Shown one piece after another: positions 11,001-18,426 of a stretch of 64,000 nucleotides of DNA. Numbering within the stretch: the first letter of the stretch is position 1; each line of letters starts with the position of its first letter. Both the position numbers and the translations under genes were made by a program. A model generated the notes under the pieces. That model was not told the origin of the DNA. It saw only the letters and a list, made by a program, of their open reading frames with translations, and searched no databases. Origin of the DNA: an uncultured Desulfobacula sp. (GTDB lineage Bacteria > Desulfobacterota > Desulfobacteria > Desulfobacterales > Desulfobacteraceae); contig CAYOYY010000008.1 of assembly GCA_964408295.1 (NCBI GenBank), positions 7,480 to 71,479 of the forward strand, read 5' to 3'.

Positions 11001-11575
11001 GTGAAGAACTTGCCCAGGTGGATTTTGATTATGGAAGTTCTGAAATCAGAGGAGAAAACTTTGGAAAAATAGACAAACTTGTCACTATCCTTGAACAGAA
11101 ACCAGATATCAGTCTGGAAATTCAGGGAGGCTACGATGCCCAGAAAGATGCTGAAGCCCTGAGGATGAAAAAATTCAACGATATGCTCAAGGCTGTCAAA
11201 CTGAAAAAAATGGCAGCCTCAGACGCTGAAATCAGGACCCTTAAGGATGTGACTCTTAAAAAAGGCGATATGGCAGGATATATTGAAACAGCATATGCCC
11301 AGGCTTTATTTCCAAAACCAAGGGACAAAAAAGGGAAGGAAAAGCAGATTGACATAAATGAAAAGAAAAAACTGCTTTTCACAAATATTAAGGTCGGAAA
11401 GGATGACCTCAGGTTTCTTGCCATGGACCGTGCACAGAAAGTAAAGGCGTTGATAGCTTCAAAAGGCAGGATAAAAGATGCAAGGATTTTTCTGGTTGAA
11501 CCGGACGAAGGTACGGATTCCGGCAGAAACGGCAGTAATACCAAAGGCAGTATAGTAAAATTTTCTTTTAAATAA
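8009..11575 (+). CDS. DUF748 repeat protein (AsmA-like) with C-terminal OmpA-like domain
   Basis: N-terminal TM; repeated beta-rich units (RNRDGSFNFSDL); LPVALAIALLKDSSGQINLDLPVSG..DPEF; C-terminal LAMDRAQKVK. Confidence 0.85.
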   Translation: MRMEKLSVKKIAMGLLVFVAVVYTIAGFFLVPVIGRHVIKQQLEASLHRQVSMGKLKVNPYSFTISLNDLLIKDRDGKVFFRASDILADLSASSIFTLCPVISELYLKSPLVSIIRNRDGSFNFSDLADSSDRHEPDQSDHMPAFTFKNIHISNGSINFTDDKSDTVHRLERLDIKIPFLSTRPKYMHKKSVLDLKFILNKAKFKIHASMTPFARTRDISAKIKVTGMDAVHYLSYLPVPETIKLKHLDIGLDINADYCIQDSQNQLKLSGKLDLINCDIEDRNSSRILKFSGLSVDIAKADIFGRSFLISKLIVKDPDINLVLDKQGILNVSALLQNTKPANNNDTGAELSSDDHHDLTVKLDDFEIMNGMVFFHDFNCKKHFDLKIFPLNARVHDFRFKDKISGRYKIDFATRAGEKISSEGSFGTDPVLAEGQIKISDLVINRYAPYYENFTGCIVKNGKINLDGGFKFSFHAENPVMSLKPLNIEIANLSICDGKTGNSMIEMPEFKIADASFDSESSDVNAGKITAENARILVKRNRNGQMNLAHIVIAPPEDRQKNPSDTARKWKIGLDSLSAENFTLKFVDIVPGNPAAIDLSNININAMNLKNSPHEKGTINADMNWNKQGRINIKGNVFPGDMKADFDIGLKGIDIKSMQPYFTDIVKILVTDGEIHATGKLRINGMGRSKPDIGFSGQASVTDFISLDKQNAEKFFQCSSFYVSGLDVSVFPLKVRIKDISLTDFYSRISIDKKGNLNLSSIFQHDRPDIQAKNNSDAPAGTKPHNNNPADINISNITLQGGKIDFSDCFTRPNFRTGMSQIAGSVKGLSSRDGTRAALRFRGVHGQSSPLDISGTVNPLAAKKSADIHVLFKNIELSDFTPYAAKYLGYKIKKGKLILDLSYKINGNKLESDNRIRFDRFTLGEKVDSPDATSLPVALAIALLKDSSGQINLDLPVSGQINDPEFKIGSIILKMVTNLVLKVVTSPFSVIGSMFGGGEELAQVDFDYGSSEIRGENFGKIDKLVTILEQKPDISLEIQGGYDAQKDAEALRMKKFNDMLKAVKLKKMAASDAEIRTLKDVTLKKGDMAGYIETAYAQALFPKPRDKKGKEKQIDINEKKKLLFTNIKVGKDDLRFLAMDRAQKVKALIASKGRIKDARIFLVEPDEGTDSGRNGSNTKGSIVKFSFK

Positions 11576-11599
11576 ATCAGATCAGGGAGCTTCAGAACC

Positions 11600-11971
11600 A
11601 TGGATGAAAAACCATTAAAAAGCGTTTATTTCCATTTCAGATTTAAATTTCTCGCATTGACTGCCATTTTTTTTCTGCTTTGGATTATTCTTTCCACATC
11701 CACGGAATTCAGTCAGTTTGCCCAGAGTGACCAGTTCAGGCTGCTCGGGCCTTTTTTTATCAGTTCAGGGGTTTTTTATCTGATTTTCAGGAAAGTACCG
11801 ATCAAATGTCCGTATTGCGGCAGGCTGGTATCAACACGCAAAGACTGGAAATGTACATCATGCGGTAAGATGCAGGGCAAAAAACGGTTTTTGATTGATA
11901 AATGCGTGCATTGCCGCCAGATCCTTGCAAGTTCTTTTTGTGACCATTGTAAAAAAGAGTTCAGGCTTTAA
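11600..11971 (+). CDS. hypothetical two-TM protein with four CxxC motifs (double zinc ribbon)
   Basis: Two hydrophobic helices followed by CPYC, CTSC, CVHC and CDHC. Confidence 0.75.
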   Translation: MDEKPLKSVYFHFRFKFLALTAIFFLLWIILSTSTEFSQFAQSDQFRLLGPFFISSGVFYLIFRKVPIKCPYCGRLVSTRKDWKCTSCGKMQGKKRFLIDKCVHCRQILASSFCDHCKKEFRL

Positions 11972-13445
11972 GTTTCACAATTACGTTTGTACCTTCGTCC
12001 AAGGTACTTGTGATATCAATGGTACCTGAATGGCTTTTTATGATGCTTCTTGCAAGACAGAGCCCCAAGCCCCTGGCATTTTTTTTGTTGGCCGTAAAAT
12101 AGGGCCTGAAAATTTCCTCTAGATGCTCAGGTGCTATGCCGTAACCTATATCGCTGATTGTTATTTTTATATATTTTTTGCCGTACGAGCTTGAAACAGA
12201 TATGATTCCATGAGAATCAATGGCTTCAAAGGCATTTTTTACCAGTTCGCGGAATGCTTTTTCCATGCTTTTTGCCTTTACCTTTATTTCAGGTATATTC
12301 CCGAATTCGGTCTGAACATCAATTTTTGATTCAGTTTCTGCACGAAATTTTTTTAATATATTTTCAAGCATGGCGTTGATATCAGTTTCTTCAGGTATTT
12401 CATCATGTTCCGGGATAAATTTTGCAATATCCTTAATGGTTTTTTTGATACGGTTAAGGCCTGCTTTTGAATCCTGTATTATTGCAGAATATTTTTCCAT
12501 TGTTTCTTCAATATTAATATTCTTTTTGAGCTGATCAATATCTCCGGCAGTTTCATCTTCTTTGCCCTGTGCCTTTGTGTCTGAATGAGAAGCAATGATA
12601 TTGCTGAAAATTTCATATTTTTCAAGCATGTTGTTCATATCAGTGTAAAACCGGTCAATGGTATCAAGATTTTTTCTAATATTTCTGCTTTCTGAATCAA
12701 TCTTTGGCAAGCCGGCAGATGAAATATCTCCCACAGCAGCAAGCCTGTAAGTTTGCTGCAGTTCTTTTTCGCTGGCTTTTAATGCCTGGATTGCCTTTTC
12801 CAGCCGCTGTTTCTTTGTATCCAGCATTTTTTCAAGGCTTCTGTTGTATTTGGTAAGATTGGATTCTGCTACAATTCGCCTTGCGATTTCCTCATTGAGC
12901 CGTATGTTTTTTTCTCTGATCTGTTTTGACTGATTTTCCAGTTCCACAAGATGCATATAGGATCTTAAAGCAGTTGTGACGGTTGTGAAAAGTTTCTGGG
13001 AAGTCAGTTCAGTCTTTTCCTTGTAATCATTGATGTCATAATTTACTATAATCTCTTTTTCAGGGGCTTTTCCCGGCTGCCCTGTCCGCAGAATGATTCT
13101 TAATTTGTCATTTTTTTCCTTTTCCCTTATAAACTTTGCAACTTCAAGCCCTGCATCATTGGTTTCCATGACAACATCAAGCAGGATACAGGCAGCATCC
13201 GGATGATCTCTGACAAGCTGTTCAGCTTCCTTTGCAGAATATGCAGAATAAAATTCCAGAGTACGGCCCATATAGAAATAATCAGACAATACAAGCTTTG
13301 TCATTGTATGGACCTGTTTTTCATCATCAACGATCAGAAGTTTGAATTTTTCATTATGTTTTTTTTTAAATCTTTGATCTGGTTTTGATTCATCAGCAAA
13401 AACAATGGTATCATTTTGTTCAGGGTTTTTAGATATAATATTCAT
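11961..13445 (-). CDS. receiver + coiled-coil + HATPase hybrid; histidine-kinase-like but H-box degenerate
   Basis: Receiver motifs LLIVDDE, ILLDVVME and LRTGQPG. HATPase boxes ELVKNAFEA, DIGYGI, IFRPYFT and GLGL. Start at ATG 13445 with GGAG RBS. Confidence 0.85.
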   Translation of the reverse strand: MNIISKNPEQNDTIVFADESKPDQRFKKKHNEKFKLLIVDDEKQVHTMTKLVLSDYFYMGRTLEFYSAYSAKEAEQLVRDHPDAACILLDVVMETNDAGLEVAKFIREKEKNDKLRIILRTGQPGKAPEKEIIVNYDINDYKEKTELTSQKLFTTVTTALRSYMHLVELENQSKQIREKNIRLNEEIARRIVAESNLTKYNRSLEKMLDTKKQRLEKAIQALKASEKELQQTYRLAAVGDISSAGLPKIDSESRNIRKNLDTIDRFYTDMNNMLEKYEIFSNIIASHSDTKAQGKEDETAGDIDQLKKNINIEETMEKYSAIIQDSKAGLNRIKKTIKDIAKFIPEHDEIPEETDINAMLENILKKFRAETESKIDVQTEFGNIPEIKVKAKSMEKAFRELVKNAFEAIDSHGIISVSSSYGKKYIKITISDIGYGIAPEHLEEIFRPYFTANKKNARGLGLCLARSIIKSHSGTIDITSTLDEGTNVIVKLKA

Positions 13446-13495
13446 AAGTTTTTCTCCGAAAAGAAGAAAATAAATTTGATGACTGGATGTGTTCA

Positions 13496-13524
13496 AGAAT
13501 ATTAAAAAAAATGTTGGTTGTCAA
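13496..13524 (-). promoter_or_regulatory. sigma70 promoter for the receiver-kinase hybrid
   Basis: Minus strand reads TTGACA-N17-TATTCT, about 50 nt upstream of ATG 13445. Confidence 0.65.
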
Positions 13525-13564
13525 TCCGACAATTGGAAAACCGGCAGTTAAGGGGAAGTGTCAC

Positions 13565-15439
13565 CTACATAAGGCCTGTGAATTCAATGCTTAATTTCTG
13601 CTGAAGCTTTTCAGTCATTTTGAAAATTTCTTTAAGCATGATCTGGTCAAAAGATGAAAGACTGTGCGGAAAAATATAATTGTCAGGCTGTTTCTCCTCA
13701 TCCATTATGGCTGTGATCTGTCTTAAGAACCTTAAACGCATCATATAGTTGTAGGCAGCGACAATATCGGTATATTCCTTTGGGGTCAGTGCATGTCTTG
13801 CAGAAAGTCTGAACAGCCTTGCAAGTGTGTTTGTCTGTGAAATTTGGTTTTTAAGGGCATATACCCTTGCAAAATCAATAATGGGCAAAAGAGCGATTTT
13901 AATATCAAGGGCACCTTTGAGCCTGCCCTTTGTTTCAACGACAAATTTGCCGAACCTGGTAATGGGAGGTTTGAAATAAAGGGTGTTTTCAGTCATATTT
14001 CTTAAAAAACCGGACCAGTTTCCAATGGAATTTAAAAGGAATAGCTTTAACTGGTCAGCAAGGTCAAAATGTCCCCATGTTCCCCTGAAATCAAAAAAAA
14101 TGCTTGAATGAAGAAGATTTTCAGGGTTGGATGTGCGTATCCATGTATTGAAATATTCCTTCCATTTTGACAGGGGCTGGCACCATTCAGGATTCATGGC
14201 CATGTTATTGCCTTCACAGAACCTGTAACCTGCTGTATTGAGCTGACTGCAGATAAGCTTTGCAAGAGAATCGAAATATTGCTTGGCTTTGGCAGTATTT
14301 TCACAGTCCTCAAAAATAATAGCATTATCCTGATCTGAGATAAGGGTCTGTTCCTCACGGCCTTCCGAGCCCATGGTTAAAAATACAAACCTGCATGGAA
14401 CAGGCCCTTGCTGTTCAATCGAGAATCTTATGATCCTGTCGATTATTGCATCGGAAAATCCTGAGATCAGACGGGTTATATAATCCGGGTTGGCTCCGTT
14501 CTGAACCGGATCAAGAAGCATTTTTTCCATTCTGGAATGGATATTTTCAAGGTCGGTAATTGACCTGGCAGACTGTATGCTTTTAATCAGCAGGCTTGCC
14601 GATTCCATCTGAGATGCGATCAGATCCTTTCCGCTTATGATGCCTGTGATATCCCCTGACTGGCTTTTAACTCCAAGATGATATCTGTTGTTTGCAGTCA
14701 TGGATAAAAATGCGTCAAATACCTGGCTGTCGGCTGAGATTGATATAACCGGTGACGACATTATCTGTGACACAGGCTCTGAAAGGTCTGGATTCTGTGA
14801 GCCAAGTTTTTTTCTGAAATCAGAATCAGTTACAATACCTGTGATATTGCGTGGATCCTTTTTTATCAGAACTGCATCTGTACCACTGCCTGCCATTTTT
14901 TGAGCAGCTTTGTAAATGCTTGAATCCTGTGTGCATGTGGATATATTGGGCGTAAAAATACTTCGGATGGGACGGTTGAAAAAGGGCAGGGCAAAAGAAT
15001 TGATTTTTATCTGCCTGGTCATGATTTCTGCAAATGCCGGGTTTGTCATGCACCTGCCGAATTCACAGGCAAAATAATCAAGAAACTTCGGCCATGACCT
15101 GCACAGGGATAAAAAACTCCCTGCATCAAGGGTCATAAAAGTGGAGTCTTCACAAACCTTTAATGATCTTATGGATACCCCGTTGTTGAACACAAGGGAC
15201 AGACCGCCGAAATTACTGCCTGGCAGGAGTTTTCCTTTGAGAATTTTTGCATGATCAAGCCTGTAATAATATTGTGCAAGGCCTTTGGACAGGATATAGA
15301 TTTTTTTGATTTCAGTAAATTCCTGGTCCACCAGAATGGTATCCCTGCCTGCTTTTTCATATGAAAAGCAATTGAATAATTTTTTTTGCTCGTCATGTGG
15401 AAGTATGGAAAACGGATAAACCTGTTTTTTTTCTTTCAA
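13565..15439 (-). CDS. cNMP-binding + CBS pair + DUF294 nucleotidyltransferase-like protein
   Basis: N-terminal cNMP-like domain (GSNFGGLSL); CBS repeats (GIVTDSDF, IMSSPVISI); pol-beta NTase motif MGSEGREEQTLISDQDNA; DUF294_C region (IFFDFRG, LDIK). Confidence 0.9.
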   Translation of the reverse strand: MKEKKQVYPFSILPHDEQKKLFNCFSYEKAGRDTILVDQEFTEIKKIYILSKGLAQYYYRLDHAKILKGKLLPGSNFGGLSLVFNNGVSIRSLKVCEDSTFMTLDAGSFLSLCRSWPKFLDYFACEFGRCMTNPAFAEIMTRQIKINSFALPFFNRPIRSIFTPNISTCTQDSSIYKAAQKMAGSGTDAVLIKKDPRNITGIVTDSDFRKKLGSQNPDLSEPVSQIMSSPVISISADSQVFDAFLSMTANNRYHLGVKSQSGDITGIISGKDLIASQMESASLLIKSIQSARSITDLENIHSRMEKMLLDPVQNGANPDYITRLISGFSDAIIDRIIRFSIEQQGPVPCRFVFLTMGSEGREEQTLISDQDNAIIFEDCENTAKAKQYFDSLAKLICSQLNTAGYRFCEGNNMAMNPEWCQPLSKWKEYFNTWIRTSNPENLLHSSIFFDFRGTWGHFDLADQLKLFLLNSIGNWSGFLRNMTENTLYFKPPITRFGKFVVETKGRLKGALDIKIALLPIIDFARVYALKNQISQTNTLARLFRLSARHALTPKEYTDIVAAYNYMMRLRFLRQITAIMDEEKQPDNYIFPHSLSSFDQIMLKEIFKMTEKLQQKLSIEFTGLM

Positions 15440-15469
15440 GGTTTTTTCCTTTTTTTAAGATCATAATTA

Positions 15470-16084
15470 TTATGGCACTGATTTAAAAGTCTGTTTTGCC
15501 GGCAGAAACTTATCCTGGTCAACCGGAATATAATGAATTTTATCAAACCCGAACATTTTTGCTATCAGGGAAGGCATGGATTCTTTGGTTCTTGTGTTAT
15601 AATATATGACTTCATCATTATAGCTTTTTGCAGCAACAAACAATTTGTCCTGAATCCCATATATCTGTGAGGTAAGTTCCTCTGCCATGTCGGCAGATAA
15701 TTGTCGTACAGGCGGTTTAAGATATTTCAGAGTGTTTTTGAAAAATTGTGTGAGATCTGCCTGTGAATTTTCCAGGTGACGGGTCTGATTCTCATCCAGG
15801 GGAGGGTCTATGGTTTTCAGGGTTTTCAGAACATCTGCTGCCATACCTGCACACTGCCTGAAGTCTGCCATGTCTGCTTCAAGTCCGGCATTTTTAAAAT
15901 CCTTAATGATTATATCTGCAAGATTTACTCTTTCCTGGCATATCTGTGTAAGCAGGGCCTTTGCATCCGTGATTCTGTTCCGGGCTCTCCAGAAACTTGA
16001 ATATCCGCCGAATATAACACAAAACACAATGATGGAAGTGAAGATAAGACAGAACAGGATAAGTCTGAATTTCTGACCTGGCAT
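15470..16084 (-). CDS. LemA family protein
   Basis: N-terminal TM, helical body, C-terminal KSYNDEVIYYN..MPSLIAKMFGF. AAGGAG RBS precedes ATG 16084. Confidence 0.8.
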   Translation of the reverse strand: MPGQKFRLILFCLIFTSIIVFCVIFGGYSSFWRARNRITDAKALLTQICQERVNLADIIIKDFKNAGLEADMADFRQCAGMAADVLKTLKTIDPPLDENQTRHLENSQADLTQFFKNTLKYLKPPVRQLSADMAEELTSQIYGIQDKLFVAAKSYNDEVIYYNTRTKESMPSLIAKMFGFDKIHYIPVDQDKFLPAKQTFKSVP

Positions 16085-16139
16085 GGGCAACTCCTTCTTT
16101 TTGAAGATTAGATGTCAGTGTTCAACAAGGTATTTTACA

Positions 16140-18215
16140 CTAATATTTCAGTCTTGCATAATAGGTTTTCTTTGATGCCTTTATGGCGTCTCTGAGTGTT
16201 AAAATTCCATTACTGTTCAATATGGGCAGAAGTTTTAAAAATATTTCAGCACTTGCTATTGCATCCCCTAAGGCTGTATGTCTGCCCAGTATGTTTACTC
16301 CGAGCCTTCTGGCAATATTTTCCATGTCATGGTGCTCATGAAGGGGATGCAGAATTGCAGATAAGAGCAGGGTGTCAAGCACAGGTCCTGTAAATTTTAT
16401 CCCTGAAGTTTTTTCCTTGACCTTCAGCATTTTCATGTCAAAGGCAATATTGTGTCCGACCAGCACCGTGTCTGATGCAAATTTTTTAAACATGGGCAGA
16501 ATGGCATTGATGTCTTTTTTACCTGTGACCATTTCATAATTTATACCGTGAATCTTGTATGATTCAAGTGGAATATCCCTTTTGGGGTCCACAAGTTCCT
16601 CAAAAATATCCTGATAAATTATTCTGGAGTTTACAATTCTTACAGCGGCAATTGAAATGATTTCATCGCCTCCGTCAGGGTCAAGCCCGGTTGTTTCCGT
16701 ATCAAATACTGTATATGTGATATTTTTAAGACTTGTGTCAAGCAGATCCCTGTCCTCGTCTTCTGTCCTGAAAAGATTAAAATCATAGAACTCAGGGCGG
16801 CTGCCTGTGATAACCGGGGACAATCGTTTTTCCTGTCCTGATTTTTCCGATTCAGCCTGAAAGGATATATCTATCTGACAGGTGGTTTTGTTCCCATCTT
16901 CAATAATATGAAAACAGGCCCTGTTCTGCCTGAAAACATAGAAAAGACTCGGCAAACCATTGATTGGCCTGAACAGCAGATTTTTTATATCATCGGCATA
17001 AACCATGATTTTCTGCCATTTTATGGCAAATACAATTGTATCCCTGTGCTGAGTACATGAGAGCCTGAAAATTTTTTCTCCTGTCATGTCTGACAGATTC
17101 TCGAACAAGAATACCAATGAGGTTGTAAGAGAATAAGTATCACCGAGAATTTTTTCATAATTGACATGAAGGTTTGTATCTAACCTGACATTACAGGCTG
17201 AATCAAGCTTTGCCTTAAGTGAATTGATAAATTCCACAATTGACAGACTGCCAAGCGGAATTCCCGTTAAAATGGCATCAAGTATGGTGTCTGCTATTTC
17301 TTCGTATTGATCATGCAGAATTTCAAACTGTTCCTGCGTCATGGATTGCCGGGACAGACCAGGATCATGGGCTAACAGGCGTGTTCTGAATTTATCTGTT
17401 TTTTTAAATATATTGTCAAACTGATTTATATCATCTGTCACATCCTGAAATGTCAGAATAAATCCTGTCATGTTTCTGTCCTGATCAAGCACTGGAATGG
17501 CCACAGCGCTTATAAGACATCCTGAATGTATCGGGGTGATGAAATATGATGCAACTCCTGCTTTTTCCATTTTAAGCCGGTCTTCTATTTCAGAAACAGC
17601 ATGGGCAATCAATGCCTTGTCTATGAGGTGAAAAATGGATCTGCCAAGGCCTATGAACTGTTCTGATTTCTGTCCTGGTTTATTCCCCATGAATATGTTT
17701 TTTGCAAGTGAATTGAAAAGCAGAATCCTGCCGCTGTTGTTACAGATAATAACTCCCTGTGGAAGTTCTGCCATTATTGCTGCAAGCAGATTTCTTTCTT
17801 TTTCAGTTTCTTTTCTTGCAGACAGAATCTGCTGGGTTATATCCTTGTTCAGGTTTTCAAACATATCTGCAAAATCATTGATTATCCCGGACAACTTCTT
17901 TATATCCGAAGGCCCTGAAACAGACAGCCGGTGCGAGGGATTTGATGCATATATTACAGAGGCTTCTGCACATATTTTTTTTAATGGCTTGATGTAAATT
18001 GCAAATATGATTTCAAGGCTGACCAGTATTACACCGGTGCATATCAGAACCATACTTGCCACAGACAGAAAATGTTCATTGACAATGGAGATAATGGCAT
18101 GACACTGCTGCGGCGTCAGTCTCTGCCACAATAATATGAATATCAGGACAAGAGCTGTAAGGGTGGCGCCCATTGTGATTAACACAATTTTCCAGAATCG
18201 GTTGGGTTGGATCAT
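16140..18215 (-). CDS. membrane-anchored PAS-domain DEDDh 3'-5' exonuclease (DnaQ-like)
   Basis: Two TM helices, HAMP-like linker, PAS (LPQGVIICN..GRILLFN), then exonuclease motifs FDTETTGL, HNIAFD, DTLLL and HTALGDA. Confidence 0.88.
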   Translation of the reverse strand: MIQPNRFWKIVLITMGATLTALVLIFILLWQRLTPQQCHAIISIVNEHFLSVASMVLICTGVILVSLEIIFAIYIKPLKKICAEASVIYASNPSHRLSVSGPSDIKKLSGIINDFADMFENLNKDITQQILSARKETEKERNLLAAIMAELPQGVIICNNSGRILLFNSLAKNIFMGNKPGQKSEQFIGLGRSIFHLIDKALIAHAVSEIEDRLKMEKAGVASYFITPIHSGCLISAVAIPVLDQDRNMTGFILTFQDVTDDINQFDNIFKKTDKFRTRLLAHDPGLSRQSMTQEQFEILHDQYEEIADTILDAILTGIPLGSLSIVEFINSLKAKLDSACNVRLDTNLHVNYEKILGDTYSLTTSLVFLFENLSDMTGEKIFRLSCTQHRDTIVFAIKWQKIMVYADDIKNLLFRPINGLPSLFYVFRQNRACFHIIEDGNKTTCQIDISFQAESEKSGQEKRLSPVITGSRPEFYDFNLFRTEDEDRDLLDTSLKNITYTVFDTETTGLDPDGGDEIISIAAVRIVNSRIIYQDIFEELVDPKRDIPLESYKIHGINYEMVTGKKDINAILPMFKKFASDTVLVGHNIAFDMKMLKVKEKTSGIKFTGPVLDTLLLSAILHPLHEHHDMENIARRLGVNILGRHTALGDAIASAEIFLKLLPILNSNGILTLRDAIKASKKTYYARLKY

Positions 18216-18230
18216 TGGCAGAAAAAGACA

Positions 18231-18271
18231 GGAAGAATTCCGGAAAATAATATTTTATCCGGAATTCTTCC
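18231..18271 (-). terminator. intrinsic terminator-like hairpin after the symporter and small peptide
   Basis: Perfect 14-bp inverted repeat GGAAGAATTCCGGA / TCCGGAATTCTTCC, followed on the minus strand by TGTCTTTTTC. Confidence 0.7.
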
Positions 18272-18301
18272 ATATAAAAGGTTAAAATCTATTGAACCGG
18301 A

Positions 18302-18388
18302 TTATCCCCACCATCCCCAGCCGAAACTGGCGATCAAAAGGATACAGAAAACAACGGTAACAATCAGATATTTATCTTCTGAAGCCAT
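18302..18388 (-). CDS. 28-aa single-TM small protein MASEDKYLIVTVVFCILLIASFGWGWWG, probable symporter accessory subunit
   Basis: Read by hand; not in the ORF track. AAAGGAGG RBS 7 nt before ATG, one hydrophobic helix, located between the symporter stop and the terminator. Confidence 0.75.
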   Translation of the reverse strand: MASEDKYLIVTVVFCILLIASFGWGWWG

Positions 18389-18426
18389 AATTTATCCTCC
18401 TTTGCATGCATGAGCAGTAATACGGC

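Noticed and set aside
11600..11971. Multiheme cytochrome
   Set aside because: The CxxC pairs are not followed by His.
16140..18215. Replicative DNA polymerase III epsilon (dnaQ)
   Set aside because: TM, HAMP and PAS domains and the acs/DUF294 context argue against a replisome role.
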